Source: Deltaproteobacteria bacterium
GTDB lineage: Bacteria > Myxococcota_A > Polyangia > Fen-1088
Assembly: GCA_033763315.1 (NCBI GenBank)
Contig: JANRKS010000011.1
Location: forward strand, 160,001 to 224,000
Length of the DNA stretch: 64,000 nt
Direction: 5' to 3'
In this document: in pieces, positions 8,635 to 18,664 of the stretch
How positions within the stretch are numbered: the stretch's first letter is position 1
How the letters are laid out: every line of letters starts with the position of its first letter
Position numbers and translations under genes: made by a program
Notes under the pieces: generated by a model
What the model saw: the letters and a program-made list of their open reading frames with translations, nothing else
Databases searched by the model: none
What the model was told of the DNA's origin: nothing

Positions 8635-10071
8635 CTGAAAACCATATCGTCGAATGGAAAGCGATCTGGCGCGACGAATATCTGCGCTGGGTGTGCGGCT
8701 TTGCCAATGCAGAGGGCGGCACCCTTGTGATTGGCCGCGACGATCATGGCGAACCCGTGGGTGTTGACGGTGCTGAACGCTTGTTGACCGAGCTTCCAAA
8801 CAAGATCCGCGACCTCCTGGGAATCGTGGTTCCCGTTCGCCTGTTCGAAGAGCGCGGCCATAAGCTGCTTGAGATCGTCGTTGAGCCACAGCCCACGCCC
8901 ATCAGCTATCGCGGCGAGTATCACCTTCGCAGTGGCAGCACCAAGCAGCAACTTACCGGCGCAGCCTTATCAGCCTTCCTATTGCGTAAGTTCGGACGTC
9001 ATTGGGACAGCGCCCCCGTGCCTGGCATCAGCGTTGACGATTTATCTTCCGAAGCGTTCAAACGTTTTCGCAAACACGCTCGGCAGCGAACGCATGCCGC
9101 CAGAAGCGTTGGCTGCCAACAACGCTGAGCTCGTTGAACGCTTGCACCTTTTAGATGCCGGCATGTTGAAGCGCGCGGCGCTGCTGTTGTTCCACGAAGA
9201 TCCCGAGCGCTGGTTCACAGGCGCCTACGTAAAAGTGGGCATGTTTCGCACCAACGCCGACTTGCTCTATCACGATGAAATCCATGGCGATCTGTTCGCC
9301 CAGATGGAACGAACCATAGAGATCCTGCGCACAAAGTACATGATCGCCTGGATCACCTACGAAGGCGTTCAGCGCGTGGAAACGTATCCCGTTCCGGAGG
9401 CAGCCTTACGGGAAGCCGTGCTCAACGCGCTCATTCACAAAGACTACACGTCGGGCGGCCCCATTCAGATTAGCGTGTATGCCGACCACTTGATGATTTG
9501 GAATCCTGGCCAGTTGCCGAACCGGTGGACTGCCGAAACTCTGCTCAAGAAGCATTCCTCAGAGCCCCAGAACCCAGACATTGCCCAGGTGTTCTTTCGC
9601 ACCGGCCTCATTGAGGCGTGGGGACGAGGTTTCGAGCGCATCGTGGAAGCGTGCCGCAGCGCAGGCACGACATTGCCCGAGGTCCGCCACGATGGCAGTG
9701 GCCTGTGGACCGAATGGCACTGGCAGCAGCCCGAGGTCACCCCACCAGCTACCCCACCAGCTACCCCACCAGCTACCCCACCAGCTACCCCACCAGCTGC
9801 CCCACCAGCTGCCCCACCAGTCACCCCACCAGTTGAGGCTGTCCTGCGCGTGCTGGGCGAAGGACACCCACTGGGGAATGCGGCACTCCGGGCCCGGCTT
9901 GGACTCAAGGATCGGCATCATTTTCGTGAGCATCACATCCAACCGGCTCTGGATGCAGGTCTCATCGAAATGACGATTCCTGACAGACCTAACAGTCCCG
10001 CGCAGAAGTATCGCTTAACCAAGAAGGGGGCGAACTTGTTAACTGCGACCCCAAAACGGGGCCCGTTATGA
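8631..10071 (+). pseudogene. AlbA_2 (Schlafen-like) + ATP-binding (RecG C-terminal-like) + wHTH protein, frameshifted near 9080
   Basis: VEWK..WRDEYLRWVCGFANAEGG.L.IG in ORF 8631-9128 continues as YP..ALREAVLNALIHKDY...WNPG...GLIEAWGRG...PDRPNSPAQKYRLT in ORF 8869-10071. Confidence 0.8.
9739..9834 (+). repeat. 12-bp tandem repeat x8, coding (T/A)PP(A/V)
   Basis: RCCCCACCAGYY units at 12-nt period. Confidence 0.95.
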
Positions 10072-10217
10072 GCACCAGCAAGGCCACTGCCTTTGCTCTC
10101 ACCAGGCCGACAACGCCGGTACAAGCGCCGGTACAAACGCCGGTAGAAACGCGGGTAGAAACGCGGGTAGAAACGCCGCCCACCCCCCTGGCCCCTACCC
10201 AAGGTGCAAAACCATGA
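10068..10217 (+). CDS. 49-aa repeat-rich ORF, translationally coupled on both sides (probable gene remnant)
   Basis: MSTSKATAFALTRPTTPVQAPVQTPVETRVETRVETPPTPLAPTQGAKP; ATGA overlaps with the upstream stop and the hsdR start. Confidence 0.5.
   Translation: MSTSKATAFALTRPTTPVQAPVQTPVETRVETRVETPPTPLAPTQGAKP
10113..10178 (+). repeat. 12-bp tandem repeat x5.5
   Basis: ACGCCGGTACAA / ACGCGGGTAGAA units. Confidence 0.9.
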
Positions 10218-13200
10218 CCGCCATCGGAGAGACTGAGCGCCGCACCCAGCGTCGGGTCGCGAAGTTGTTCGTGGATGAGCTGCACTACGACCACCTGGGG
10301 GATCTGAGCGCAGGCGATAACCAGAACATCATCGAGGGGCAGCTCGAGCACTTTCTGTGGGCCTACCAGGGCTTCGACGAACGCGAAGACGGTGCCCAGC
10401 TCATCCGCCGGGCCATTGCCGAGGTGACCAAGGTTGCAAGTAACACGGGCGTTAGCCTTTACGACCGCAACCGCGCCGTATACGACCTTCTTCGCTACGG
10501 CGTGAAAGTCAAAGCCGACATCGGGGACCACAATGAAACCGTTTGGCTTATCGACTGGAAAAATCCCGAACGAAACCGCTTCGCCATCGCCGAAGAAGTT
10601 ACCGTCAAAGCACCAGACGCCAAGGCACACAGCAAACGCCCGGATATCGTCCTTTACGTCAACGGCATCGCGCTTGGCATTCTCGAACTCAAACGATCGA
10701 CCATTTCTGTTGCCGAAGGCATTCGCCAGAACCTCGACAACCAAAAGAAGGAGTTCATTGCGCCCTTCTTTTCGACCATGCAATTCGTGATGGCCGGCAA
10801 TGACACCCAGGGCCTGCGTTACGGAACCATCAACACCCCCGAGAAGCATTACCTCACCTGGAAAGAGCCCGGCGCAGCCGCGAACAACAGCAACCCACTT
10901 GACCAGGCGCTGCGCCAGATCTGCGAAAAGAAGCGCTTCCTCGAGCTCATCCATGATTTTGTCGTGTTCGATGCCGGCAAAAAGAAGCTGTGCCGGCACA
11001 ATCAGTTTTTCGGCGTTCGCGCCGCACAAGAACATGTTCGTCGGCGTGAAGGCGGCATCATTTGGCACACCCAGGGCAGCGGCAAAAGCCTCACCATGGT
11101 GTGGCTGGCCAAGTGGATACGCGAGAATGCCACCAACGCCCGCGTTCTGATCATCACCGACCGCACCGAACTTGATGAACAGATCGAAAAAGTCTTCAAA
11201 GGCGTTGCCGAAGACATTCACCGCACCAAATCCGGCGACGACCTCGTGGCCACACTTAACGCCACCACACCCTGGCTGGTGTGTTCGCTCATTCACAAGT
11301 TCGGCGGCAAGGAAGACGGCGAGGCCGTCGGCGACATCAAGAGCTTCGTCGACGATCTCAAGAAGGCTTTGCCCAAAGACTTCCGCGCCAAGGGCGAATT
11401 GTTCGTTTTTGTAGATGAGTGTCATCGCACCCAGTCAGGCGAGCTTCACGAGGCCATGAAGGCCATTTTGCCCGGCGCCGTGTTTATCGGCTTCACTGGC
11501 ACGCCGCTGCTTAAGGCCGAAAAGAAGAAGAGCATCGAAATCTTCGGCGGCTACATTCACACCTATAAGTTTCACGAAGCCGTCAGCGATAAAGTTGTGC
11601 TTGATCTGCGCTACGAAGCCCGCGACATCGACCAAAACATTACATCGCAGGCGAAGATCGACCAGTGGTTCGAGGCCAAAACGAAGGGCCTCACGCCGCT
11701 TGCCAAAGCTCAGCTTAAGGCACGCTGGGGCACGATGCAGAAGGTGCTTTCAAGCCATTCGCGGCTCGCCAAGATCGTGGGCGACATCCTACTTGATATG
11801 GAGATGCGGGAGCGGCTCAAGAATGGGCATGGCAACGCGATCCTCGTCGCGGGAAGCATCTACGAGGCCTGCAGGCTTTATGAACTCTTCTCCAAAACGT
11901 CGCTTGGCGGCCAGTGCGCCGTTGTGACGTCGTACGCCCCCACGGCCGCCGCGATCAAGGGCGAAGAAAGCGGCGAAGGCGCAACCGATGCGCTCGAAAA
12001 GTACGCGATCTACCGCCAGATGCTTGCCGATTGGTTCGGTGAGCCTCCTGAACAGGCCGTGGCCAAGGTGGAAGCTTTTGAGAAGGCAGTGAAGAAGAAG
12101 TTCATAGACGAGCCCGGCCAAATGAAGTTGCTGATCGTGGTCGACAAGTTGCTCACAGGCTTCGACGCGCCCCCAGCCACCTATCTCTACATCGACAAGC
12201 AGATGCGGGACCATGGTTTGTTCCAAGCCATTTGCCGCGTGAACCGGCTTGATGGAGACGACAAAGACTTCGGTTACATCATCGATTACAAGGATCTGTT
12301 CACCAGCCTTGAACACGCCGTGGATGATTACACCTCGGGCGCTCTCGACGGCTTTGACAAGGAAGACGTGGCCGGCTTACTCGAAGATCGCGTGGGTAAG
12401 GCCAAAGAGCGCCTCAATGAAGCGCTTGAAGCGATGCGCGCTCTATGCGAGCCCGTGCGGCCACCCCGAGACGACGAAGCGTATTACCACTACTTTTCGT
12501 CTGCCGAATCCGGCAACGGTGCCGAGCTTAAGGCCAATGAGCCACAACGCCTCGCGCTTTATAAGCTCACGTCTTCCCTGGTTCGTGCGTATGCGAACCT
12601 GGCGGGCGAGATGGCAGAGGCCGGTTACACCGAGGGCCAATCGGCCGCCATAAAGGAAGAAGTCACCTTTTACGAAAACCTGCGCAGCCAGATAAAATTG
12701 CACAGCGGCGATGCGATTGATCTCAAGCAGTACGAGCCCGCCATGCGGCACCTGATCGATACGTACATCCGTGCAGAGGAAAGCGAGGTCATCTCGAAAT
12801 TCGATGATCTGTCGCTTGTACAGCTGATTGTTGAGCGCGGCGCAAAGGCTGTGGATGCGCTGCCAGCGTCACTCCGGAAGAACCAGAATGCGGCGGCCGA
12901 AACCATCGAGAACAACGTCCGCAAGCTGATCATTGACCAGTCGCCCATCAATCCGAAGTACTACGAGAAGATGTCCGACCTGCTGGATGCGCTTATGAAG
13001 CAGCGAAAGCAAGCGGCCATCACTTATCAAGAATACTTGGCCAAAATTGTTGAGCTCACCACGCAGGCTCACGCTGGTCCTGCCCTGACTGGGTATCCTG
13101 CGTCACTGAACACAGCCGCGCGGCGCGCCCTTTTCGACAACCTTGACCGTCAAGAGGAACTGGCACTCAAAGTGGATGTAGCGGTCCGCACCAGCATGCA

Positions 13201-13330
13201 GGACGGTTGGCGGGCGAACGTGATGAAAACGAAGCGGGTCCGCCTTGCCATCGCTGCGGCGCTTGATGGGGTTGATGATGCCCGCGTGGAGGCAACGCTT
13301 AGCCTCGTGAAGAGCCAGCATGATTACTGA
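10214..13330 (+). CDS. hsdR: Type I restriction endonuclease subunit R
   Basis: RPDIVLYVNGI..GILELK nuclease motif, HTQGSGKS Walker A, DECHR, GFTGTP, LLTGFDAP, QAICRVNR. Confidence 0.97.
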   Translation: MTAIGETERRTQRRVAKLFVDELHYDHLGDLSAGDNQNIIEGQLEHFLWAYQGFDEREDGAQLIRRAIAEVTKVASNTGVSLYDRNRAVYDLLRYGVKVKADIGDHNETVWLIDWKNPERNRFAIAEEVTVKAPDAKAHSKRPDIVLYVNGIALGILELKRSTISVAEGIRQNLDNQKKEFIAPFFSTMQFVMAGNDTQGLRYGTINTPEKHYLTWKEPGAAANNSNPLDQALRQICEKKRFLELIHDFVVFDAGKKKLCRHNQFFGVRAAQEHVRRREGGIIWHTQGSGKSLTMVWLAKWIRENATNARVLIITDRTELDEQIEKVFKGVAEDIHRTKSGDDLVATLNATTPWLVCSLIHKFGGKEDGEAVGDIKSFVDDLKKALPKDFRAKGELFVFVDECHRTQSGELHEAMKAILPGAVFIGFTGTPLLKAEKKKSIEIFGGYIHTYKFHEAVSDKVVLDLRYEARDIDQNITSQAKIDQWFEAKTKGLTPLAKAQLKARWGTMQKVLSSHSRLAKIVGDILLDMEMRERLKNGHGNAILVAGSIYEACRLYELFSKTSLGGQCAVVTSYAPTAAAIKGEESGEGATDALEKYAIYRQMLADWFGEPPEQAVAKVEAFEKAVKKKFIDEPGQMKLLIVVDKLLTGFDAPPATYLYIDKQMRDHGLFQAICRVNRLDGDDKDFGYIIDYKDLFTSLEHAVDDYTSGALDGFDKEDVAGLLEDRVGKAKERLNEALEAMRALCEPVRPPRDDEAYYHYFSSAESGNGAELKANEPQRLALYKLTSSLVRAYANLAGEMAEAGYTEGQSAAIKEEVTFYENLRSQIKLHSGDAIDLKQYEPAMRHLIDTYIRAEESEVISKFDDLSLVQLIVERGAKAVDALPASLRKNQNAAAETIENNVRKLIIDQSPINPKYYEKMSDLLDALMKQRKQAAITYQEYLAKIVELTTQAHAGPALTGYPASLNTAARRALFDNLDRQEELALKVDVAVRTSMQDGWRANVMKTKRVRLAIAAALDGVDDARVEATLSLVKSQHDY

Positions 13331-14048
13331 GACGCGTACCTTGAGCGTCAGCGGCATTGCCGTGTCCGTGGTTCGCAAATCCATCAAGAACCTGCACTTG
13401 GGCGTCTATCCGCCCGACGGCCGAGTGCGTGTGGCCGCCCCGCTGGCTGTATCTGACGCCGCTGTGCGGGTCGCCGTTATCGGCAAGCTGTCGTGGATTA
13501 AGCGACAGCAAGCCTCGTTTGGCAGGCAAGCGCGCGAGTCCACCCGTGAGATGGTCAGTGGCGAGAGCCACTACTACCGCGGCAGGCGCTATCGACTGCG
13601 TGTGATTGAAACCGAAGATCTGCCCAGGGTGGAACTGAGGTTGAAACAAGCCATTATTTTGCACGTGCGGGCCAGCTCAACGGCGGACGCTCGGGAAAAT
13701 CTGCTGCAACGCTGGTATCGGGAACGGATGCAGGCCATTGTGCCGCGGCTGCTCGAAAAGTGGGAGGCAAGGCTGGGCGTCATCGTTAACGATTGGGGCA
13801 TCAAACGCATGAAGACCAAGTGGGGATCCTGTAACCCCACCGCCGGCCGCGTTTGGCTCAACCTTGAGCTCATGAAGAAGCCTCCGGCCTGTCTTGAGTA
13901 CGTTCTTGTCCACGAACTTGCGCACCTGCTGGCCAAGCACCACGACGAACGATTCATTCGGCTCATGGACCGCCACATGCCCGCGTGGCGCCGACATCGC
14001 GCAGAACTAAATGTGGCGCCGCTCGGCCAAGCCGTCTGGGCCCGTTAG
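13320..14048 (+). CDS. YgjP/DUF45 (SprT-like) zinc metalloprotein typical downstream of hsdR
   Basis: MKTKWGSCN, EYVLVHELAHL..KHH..RF. Confidence 0.9.
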   Translation: MITETRTLSVSGIAVSVVRKSIKNLHLGVYPPDGRVRVAAPLAVSDAAVRVAVIGKLSWIKRQQASFGRQARESTREMVSGESHYYRGRRYRLRVIETEDLPRVELRLKQAIILHVRASSTADARENLLQRWYRERMQAIVPRLLEKWEARLGVIVNDWGIKRMKTKWGSCNPTAGRVWLNLELMKKPPACLEYVLVHELAHLLAKHHDERFIRLMDRHMPAWRRHRAELNVAPLGQAVWAR

Positions 14049-14061
14049 CTGGCGGGTCGAC

Positions 14062-14098
14062 TTGCTCTTTTGATATTCACAGGATATCATGTGAATAT
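14062..14098 (+). promoter_or_regulatory. Sigma70-type promoter overlapped by a 26-bp palindromic operator; probably leaderless
   Basis: TTGCTC(14062)-17 bp-TATCAT(14085); ATATTCACA-GGATATCA-TGTGAATAT at 14073-14098 overlaps ATG 14097. Confidence 0.75.
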
Positions 14099-14525
14099 GT
14101 CACGCAAGCCCGCCAATGAAACGCCCCTTTATGTGCGTTTGCCCGCCACGGCGGGGGAGAAGCTCGATCGGGCCTCTGAAGCGCTGGGCATTCCGAAGAA
14201 GGATTTGGTGGCGAATCTGGTGGCCAAATACGTGGATCCAGATAGCCAACGCGGCCTGCAGGCGTTGGGCTTTCTGTCGCAGCCGCGGCCGGTCGCAGTG
14301 CAGGCTAACAGCGGCGAGTCGACCGTGGGCCGCTACAGCTTTCAGCCCTACGAAACGCCCGAGGTGATGAACGCAGAGCAGGCGGCGCAACTGCTGGCAG
14401 TGGAGGAAAACGTGGTGGTGCAGATGGCCGAGGCGGGCAAGTTGCCGGGGCGAAAACTGGGCAGCGTGTGGCGGTTTTCACGTGCCGCTGTGCTGGCGTG
14501 GTTGGGGGGAGGGGAGAGCCGGTGA
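14097..14525 (+). CDS. Regulator with N-terminal ribbon-helix-helix-like and C-terminal excisionase-like HTH_17 domains
   Basis: PLYVRLP.....[17 protein letters not shown]; [12 protein letters not shown]....[21 protein letters not shown]. Confidence 0.8.
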   Translation: MSRKPANETPLYVRLPATAGEKLDRASEALGIPKKDLVANLVAKYVDPDSQRGLQALGFLSQPRPVAVQANSGESTVGRYSFQPYETPEVMNAEQAAQLLAVEENVVVQMAEAGKLPGRKLGSVWRFSRAAVLAWLGGGESR

Positions 14526-15148
14526 CAGGATATCGACGAGATATTCAGGTGCGCGCGTTGCAGCGGGTACCCACTGTTGTTGAGCAAACGCACGCAGGGG
14601 AGCGTGGTTGGGACATTTACTCGCGGCTACTCAAAGATCGCATCGTGTTCCTGGGCACCGCGATCGATGACGAGGTGGCCAACGTTTTGATCGCGCAACT
14701 GTTGTTCTTGGATTCGGAAGATCCAACCCAGGACGTCACCATTTATATCAATTCGCCGGGTGGCGTTGTCACCGCGGGGCTTGCGATCTACGACACCATG
14801 CAACTTCTGCATTGTGACGTGGCCACCTATTGCGTGGGGCAAGCGGCTTCCATGGCGAGCTTCTTGTTGGCCACAGGAGCCCCCGGCAAACGGTATGCGT
14901 TGCCTAACGCGCGCATCATGCTTCACCAACCGTTGGGCGGCTTCGAAGGCCAAGCCACCGACATCGAGATTCAAGCGCGGGAAGCGTTGCATGCCCGCGA
15001 CACACTCAACGCTCTTTACGCGAAACACACGGGCCAAAGCGTAGAAACGATCAGAAGGGACACGGAACGCGACAACTTCATGTCGCCCGAGGCTGCGATG
15101 AAGTACGGGCTCATCGATGGCGTGCTGGAGCGGAAGCCCAAAAGCTGA
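14522..15148 (+). CDS. clpP: ATP-dependent Clp protease proteolytic subunit (paralog)
   Basis: [29 protein letters not shown] (Ser), MLHQP (His), ERDNFMS; GTGA overlap with the regulator. Confidence 0.95.
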   Translation: MTGYRRDIQVRALQRVPTVVEQTHAGERGWDIYSRLLKDRIVFLGTAIDDEVANVLIAQLLFLDSEDPTQDVTIYINSPGGVVTAGLAIYDTMQLLHCDVATYCVGQAASMASFLLATGAPGKRYALPNARIMLHQPLGGFEGQATDIEIQAREALHARDTLNALYAKHTGQSVETIRRDTERDNFMSPEAAMKYGLIDGVLERKPKS

Positions 15149-15217
15149 AGTTCAGCTTGTCCTACTGCGGCCTGTTGCCTCACTCCGACTGGGAAAAACA
15201 CGCAACGCCTCCTTCCC

Positions 15218-15231
15218 TTGACAGACGTCAA
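15218..15231. promoter_or_regulatory. CRP/FNR-family-like box
   Basis: TTGAC-AGAC-GTCAA palindrome about 90 bp upstream of 15321; also contains TTGACA. Confidence 0.3.
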
Positions 15232-15320
15232 TGGCGGGTTTCAGTCGCGGGTCATACCTTCACGCCTTCTCGCGCCAGTCGACGGGTGCCGGTCTGGCGC
15301 GCCCCTTCAATAGACTTGGC

Positions 15321-17087
15321 ATGCGATGGTTGCCGGCAAAGCTTGTGTTGGCGCTTCTCGGCGTTTCGGGGTTTGCTTGTTCGCCGTCTGAGGAGACGGT
15401 GCTGCGTCTCGACGTGGAGAACCTGAGCCCCCTGGCAACGGGGCTTCGCATAAGCTTAAACCTTTCGCCTCCCCGTCAATTTGAGGCCACTCTGCTTGGC
15501 CGGAGCCAACGTGTGGCTTTGCCGCTTGGTGACACGCGCGCGCAAGACATCGACCTGGGGCTTGTGGTTTTGAATCAGGGAACGGCGCTCGGTGAGCTAC
15601 ATCGGCCGTTTTTCCTTCCGGCAGGAATTTCGCCGCCCGTTCGGCTGCTCATCGACCAACAGGGCCGACCCTGGATCTTGCCGGATGGCTCGTTGATCGA
15701 TGCCGCCATTGATGTGGCGGCGTCAGAGGTTCAGCAAGACGCGCAGGACGTCGACGCATCGACATCGCCGGATGGGCCGGTTGCAGAATCCATCCGGCCG
15801 TTGGCCAGGGTTTGGTCGCGGGCGGGGCCACGTCCCGTGATCGATGGACACGCCGACGCCGTGTGGATGAACGCGTTGGCCCGCGGATACGATTTTCCTC
15901 ACTTCATTGTCGAGGAGGGCGCGGCTTTGCCTATGGCGGTTCCCAAAGCCCGTTGGGCTGGCCTTCGTGACGAACTGGGCTTGTACCTCTTTGTGCAAGT
16001 GCAAGACGACAGCATCGTGGTCGATGGCACCAAAGGAGTGGGTGTACCGGATGATGGCAAAGCGCCCTGGGAAGACGACAGCATCGAGATCTTCCTCGAC
16101 GGAGATCAGCTGCCTGCCACAGGCGTCTTGGACGACATCAACGACAGCGCCTTGCAGGTGCGGTTCGGCGAAAGCCTCGTGCGAGGGCCGTTCTCTGATA
16201 CGGTGTCGCGGGTGGTGCCGGTGCCAGGTTATCAAGTTGCATGGCAACGCAACAGCCACGGTTACAGCTTCGAGGCCTTCTTTCCTGCGCAACAACTTGG
16301 TGTCCCCACGACGCCGGGGCGCTCGATCCTCATGGACTTACATGTGAACGACGACGACGCGGGCGATATGGTTTTTACCAGTGCATGGAAGCTCGCGTGG
16401 GCGTCGGATAGAAACCAAACTTTCAACAACAAGCAACTGTGGGGGCAGGCCGTCTTCATGCCCGAGGCTCTGCAACCGCTGATTGAAGTGCCTCGCATGG
16501 CCGCGCCCTTGATCGACGGTGACGCGAATGAATGGCCTGCTTTTAGATGGCCGCTCAATCACGTATTTCCTGCTGCCGCCAGTCCGATGGCCACGCACGA
16601 TCTTCACGCGGAGCTGGCGTTGGGCCAAGATGAGTCGTCGCTTTACCTCGTGATCGAAGTGACCGACGACGTCACCAGCATCCAAGATTTTCACCCCTGG
16701 TTCGACGACGTTGTGGAGATCGTGGTTCTTCCTCAAGATCCAACTGCCAATGCCTCGCAGGCTCCAGCCACGCGACTTTTTTTCCGCCCCAACGCAACCA
16801 AGGTGGCTCAGCCTCCCTATCACAACACCAACATCGACACCGAACGTGTGGCCTTTGCCTGGCGCGCTGTCAGCCCCACGCGCAGGCGGCTTGAGGTGGC
16901 GTTGCCGTGGTCACTGTGGGCAGGCAACGATGCACAAGGTGCTTTTGGCTTGGACGTTGTGGTTTGGGATGATGATCAGGGTGATGGGATTGCCGCAAAC
17001 CGCGTTGGTTGGATGTCTGTGAGCGAGGTGCCCGCTGTGGGCCCCTTCCCCCGTCGCCTGCTGGGGACGGTGAAGCGCACGCCGTGA
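15321..17087 (+). CDS. Lipoprotein with two CBM9/DOMON-like sugar-binding domains
   Basis: Lipobox FAC; two repeats of P.IDG....W ... LYL..(Q/E)V.DD ... W.DD.(I/V)EI ... D..V.DDD. Confidence 0.75.
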   Translation: MRWLPAKLVLALLGVSGFACSPSEETVLRLDVENLSPLATGLRISLNLSPPRQFEATLLGRSQRVALPLGDTRAQDIDLGLVVLNQGTALGELHRPFFLPAGISPPVRLLIDQQGRPWILPDGSLIDAAIDVAASEVQQDAQDVDASTSPDGPVAESIRPLARVWSRAGPRPVIDGHADAVWMNALARGYDFPHFIVEEGAALPMAVPKARWAGLRDELGLYLFVQVQDDSIVVDGTKGVGVPDDGKAPWEDDSIEIFLDGDQLPATGVLDDINDSALQVRFGESLVRGPFSDTVSRVVPVPGYQVAWQRNSHGYSFEAFFPAQQLGVPTTPGRSILMDLHVNDDDAGDMVFTSAWKLAWASDRNQTFNNKQLWGQAVFMPEALQPLIEVPRMAAPLIDGDANEWPAFRWPLNHVFPAAASPMATHDLHAELALGQDESSLYLVIEVTDDVTSIQDFHPWFDDVVEIVVLPQDPTANASQAPATRLFFRPNATKVAQPPYHNTNIDTERVAFAWRAVSPTRRRLEVALPWSLWAGNDAQGAFGLDVVVWDDDQGDGIAANRVGWMSVSEVPAVGPFPRRLLGTVKRTP

Positions 17088-17095
17088 ATTGACAC

Positions 17096-18664
17096 TTATG
17101 GCGCTCCGTTCGAAAGATGCGGTTCGTAGAGCTGATTGGGATGTGGCCGTTCGGTGTCTGCCCTTGGTGTGGGTCGCGGCGAGGCCAGGTCGCTTTCGTG
17201 CTTGCTGCGCGGAAGCGCTTGGATGGCAGGTGCGGGGATGAGGGGCGACGAACGCGTCGACGTGCCTTTCGAGCGTTGTGTGAGCAGGGCGTGCTGACGG
17301 CCTTCACCCTTGGACGGCGGTGTGGATGAGGACGCCGATGCGAAGGCTTCGATTCGCTGTGAGGAGGCTGGGGGCATAGATCTCGGCCCCTCATCCCTTG
17401 CGGAAGATCCTGCTGTGGCAGATGGATGCCGTCGCGCCACTTTGACACGTAATTGCCAAATCAAAATTGCGCTCACGGCCAAGAATCCAAGTGGCACGAG
17501 CTGCCAACGAAGGGAGCGTCGCTTGGTCTGATCCGCGCTGAGCAAGCCACTTAGCTTCTGCAATTGCAGCGCGACCAGCCGCGCTGATGCATACCGATTC
17601 TCGCGAGCCTGTGATTGACAGATCGCAGTTATGTTTGCGGCAAGCCGTGTGGCGGCGTTATTTGTGAACCGCTTGCCGAAGGCATCGATCAATTCTGAAG
17701 CGTCAAGCGTTTGCACATGCCCCAGTGCCATTTCCTGCAGCACCTTACCCATTGAGAACACATCATCGCGAGGATCGGGTTCGCTTGCCCCTGCACGCTG
17801 TTGAGGAGACATATAGCCCTGCGTGCCCATGACCGATGCGGTGGGTAGGCGCTCGCTCATCAGCCCAGCCAACCCCAAATCCATCACCACCGCCGATTCG
17901 GGCTCACCCTCGTGCACTCTGGTAAGAAAAACATTGTCGCTTTTGACGTCGCGGTGAACCACACCGGCTTCGTGAATGGCGGCCAGACCAAGTGCGATCT
18001 CACGGCCATATTTAGTGAACTCTTCCAAACTCAGACCGCCGCGACCACGAATCCGCCGGCCCAGCGTCTCGCCTTGTAGGTAGGCCATGGTCAAAAAGGG
18101 AACCGATGCTTCTTCCTGCCTAGATTTACCCGCGTTCGTTGGCATGCGGTGAACCCCGAAGTCGAGGATTCGGCAGACGTGACGGTCGGCGATCCGCCGC
18201 GCCATTTGCACCTCGGCCTTAACCAAGCGCACGGCCTCCGAATCGTCTAAGGCGGCACAAGGAAGCGTCTTGAGGGCCACCTTCTCTTCGAGAAGTCGAT
18301 CAAAAACCAGATACACCTCTCCCATGCCACCTCGGGCAACAAAGCGTTGCGTGACGAAACGATCGGCGATCAGATCACCAGAACGAAACGTGGTGAGGCC
18401 TGTATTTTGCCGGGGCGTTAGGTCGTCGTGGTTTTTGCGGACGCTGTGTTCAGAGCCCAGTGATCTAAGCGACTCCGCCACCAGGATCCGGCAACGGACG
18501 CACGCCTCAATATGCGCAAGCCCGGGGGCGTCGGGGTTGGACGGTTCACCCAGAAGCCCTAAAATGTCATCAGCCGAAAGGCAGGCCCCGCCCGCGTCCG
18601 ACCTCACGTTGCCGGATAGTCGTGGTAGAGGGTATTTGCCTTCTCGGTTTGAACCTGTCGACAT
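17096..18664 (-). CDS. Ser/Thr kinase with N-terminal zinc-finger anti-sigma-like motif and one TM segment
   Basis: HIEACVRC (HxxxCxxC); ARGGMGEVY, VALK, HRDVKSDN, DLG, GTQGYMSP; start may be a downstream GTG. Confidence 0.85.
   Translation of the reverse strand: MSTGSNREGKYPLPRLSGNVRSDAGGACLSADDILGLLGEPSNPDAPGLAHIEACVRCRILVAESLRSLGSEHSVRKNHDDLTPRQNTGLTTFRSGDLIADRFVTQRFVARGGMGEVYLVFDRLLEEKVALKTLPCAALDDSEAVRLVKAEVQMARRIADRHVCRILDFGVHRMPTNAGKSRQEEASVPFLTMAYLQGETLGRRIRGRGGLSLEEFTKYGREIALGLAAIHEAGVVHRDVKSDNVFLTRVHEGEPESAVVMDLGLAGLMSERLPTASVMGTQGYMSPQQRAGASEPDPRDDVFSMGKVLQEMALGHVQTLDASELIDAFGKRFTNNAATRLAANITAICQSQARENRYASARLVALQLQKLSGLLSADQTKRRSLRWQLVPLGFLAVSAILIWQLRVKVARRHPSATAGSSARDEGPRSMPPASSQRIEAFASASSSTPPSKGEGRQHALLTQRSKGTSTRSSPLIPAPAIQALPRSKHESDLASPRPTPRADTERPHPNQLYEPHLSNGAP

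Noticed and set aside
9739-10178. 12-bp repeats as a possible CRISPR array or iterons
   Set aside because: No spacers, in frame, coding low-complexity linkers; no cas or rep genes
9989-11425. 478-aa antisense ORF over hsdR (likewise 3261-4115, 38035-38955, 59867-61228, 61473-62978)
   Set aside because: Shadow ORFs opposite well-supported genes in high-GC DNA; no motifs
14097-14525. Excisionase marking a prophage or ICE
   Set aside because: No integrase, att repeats or phage genes; better explained as a regulator coupled to clpP
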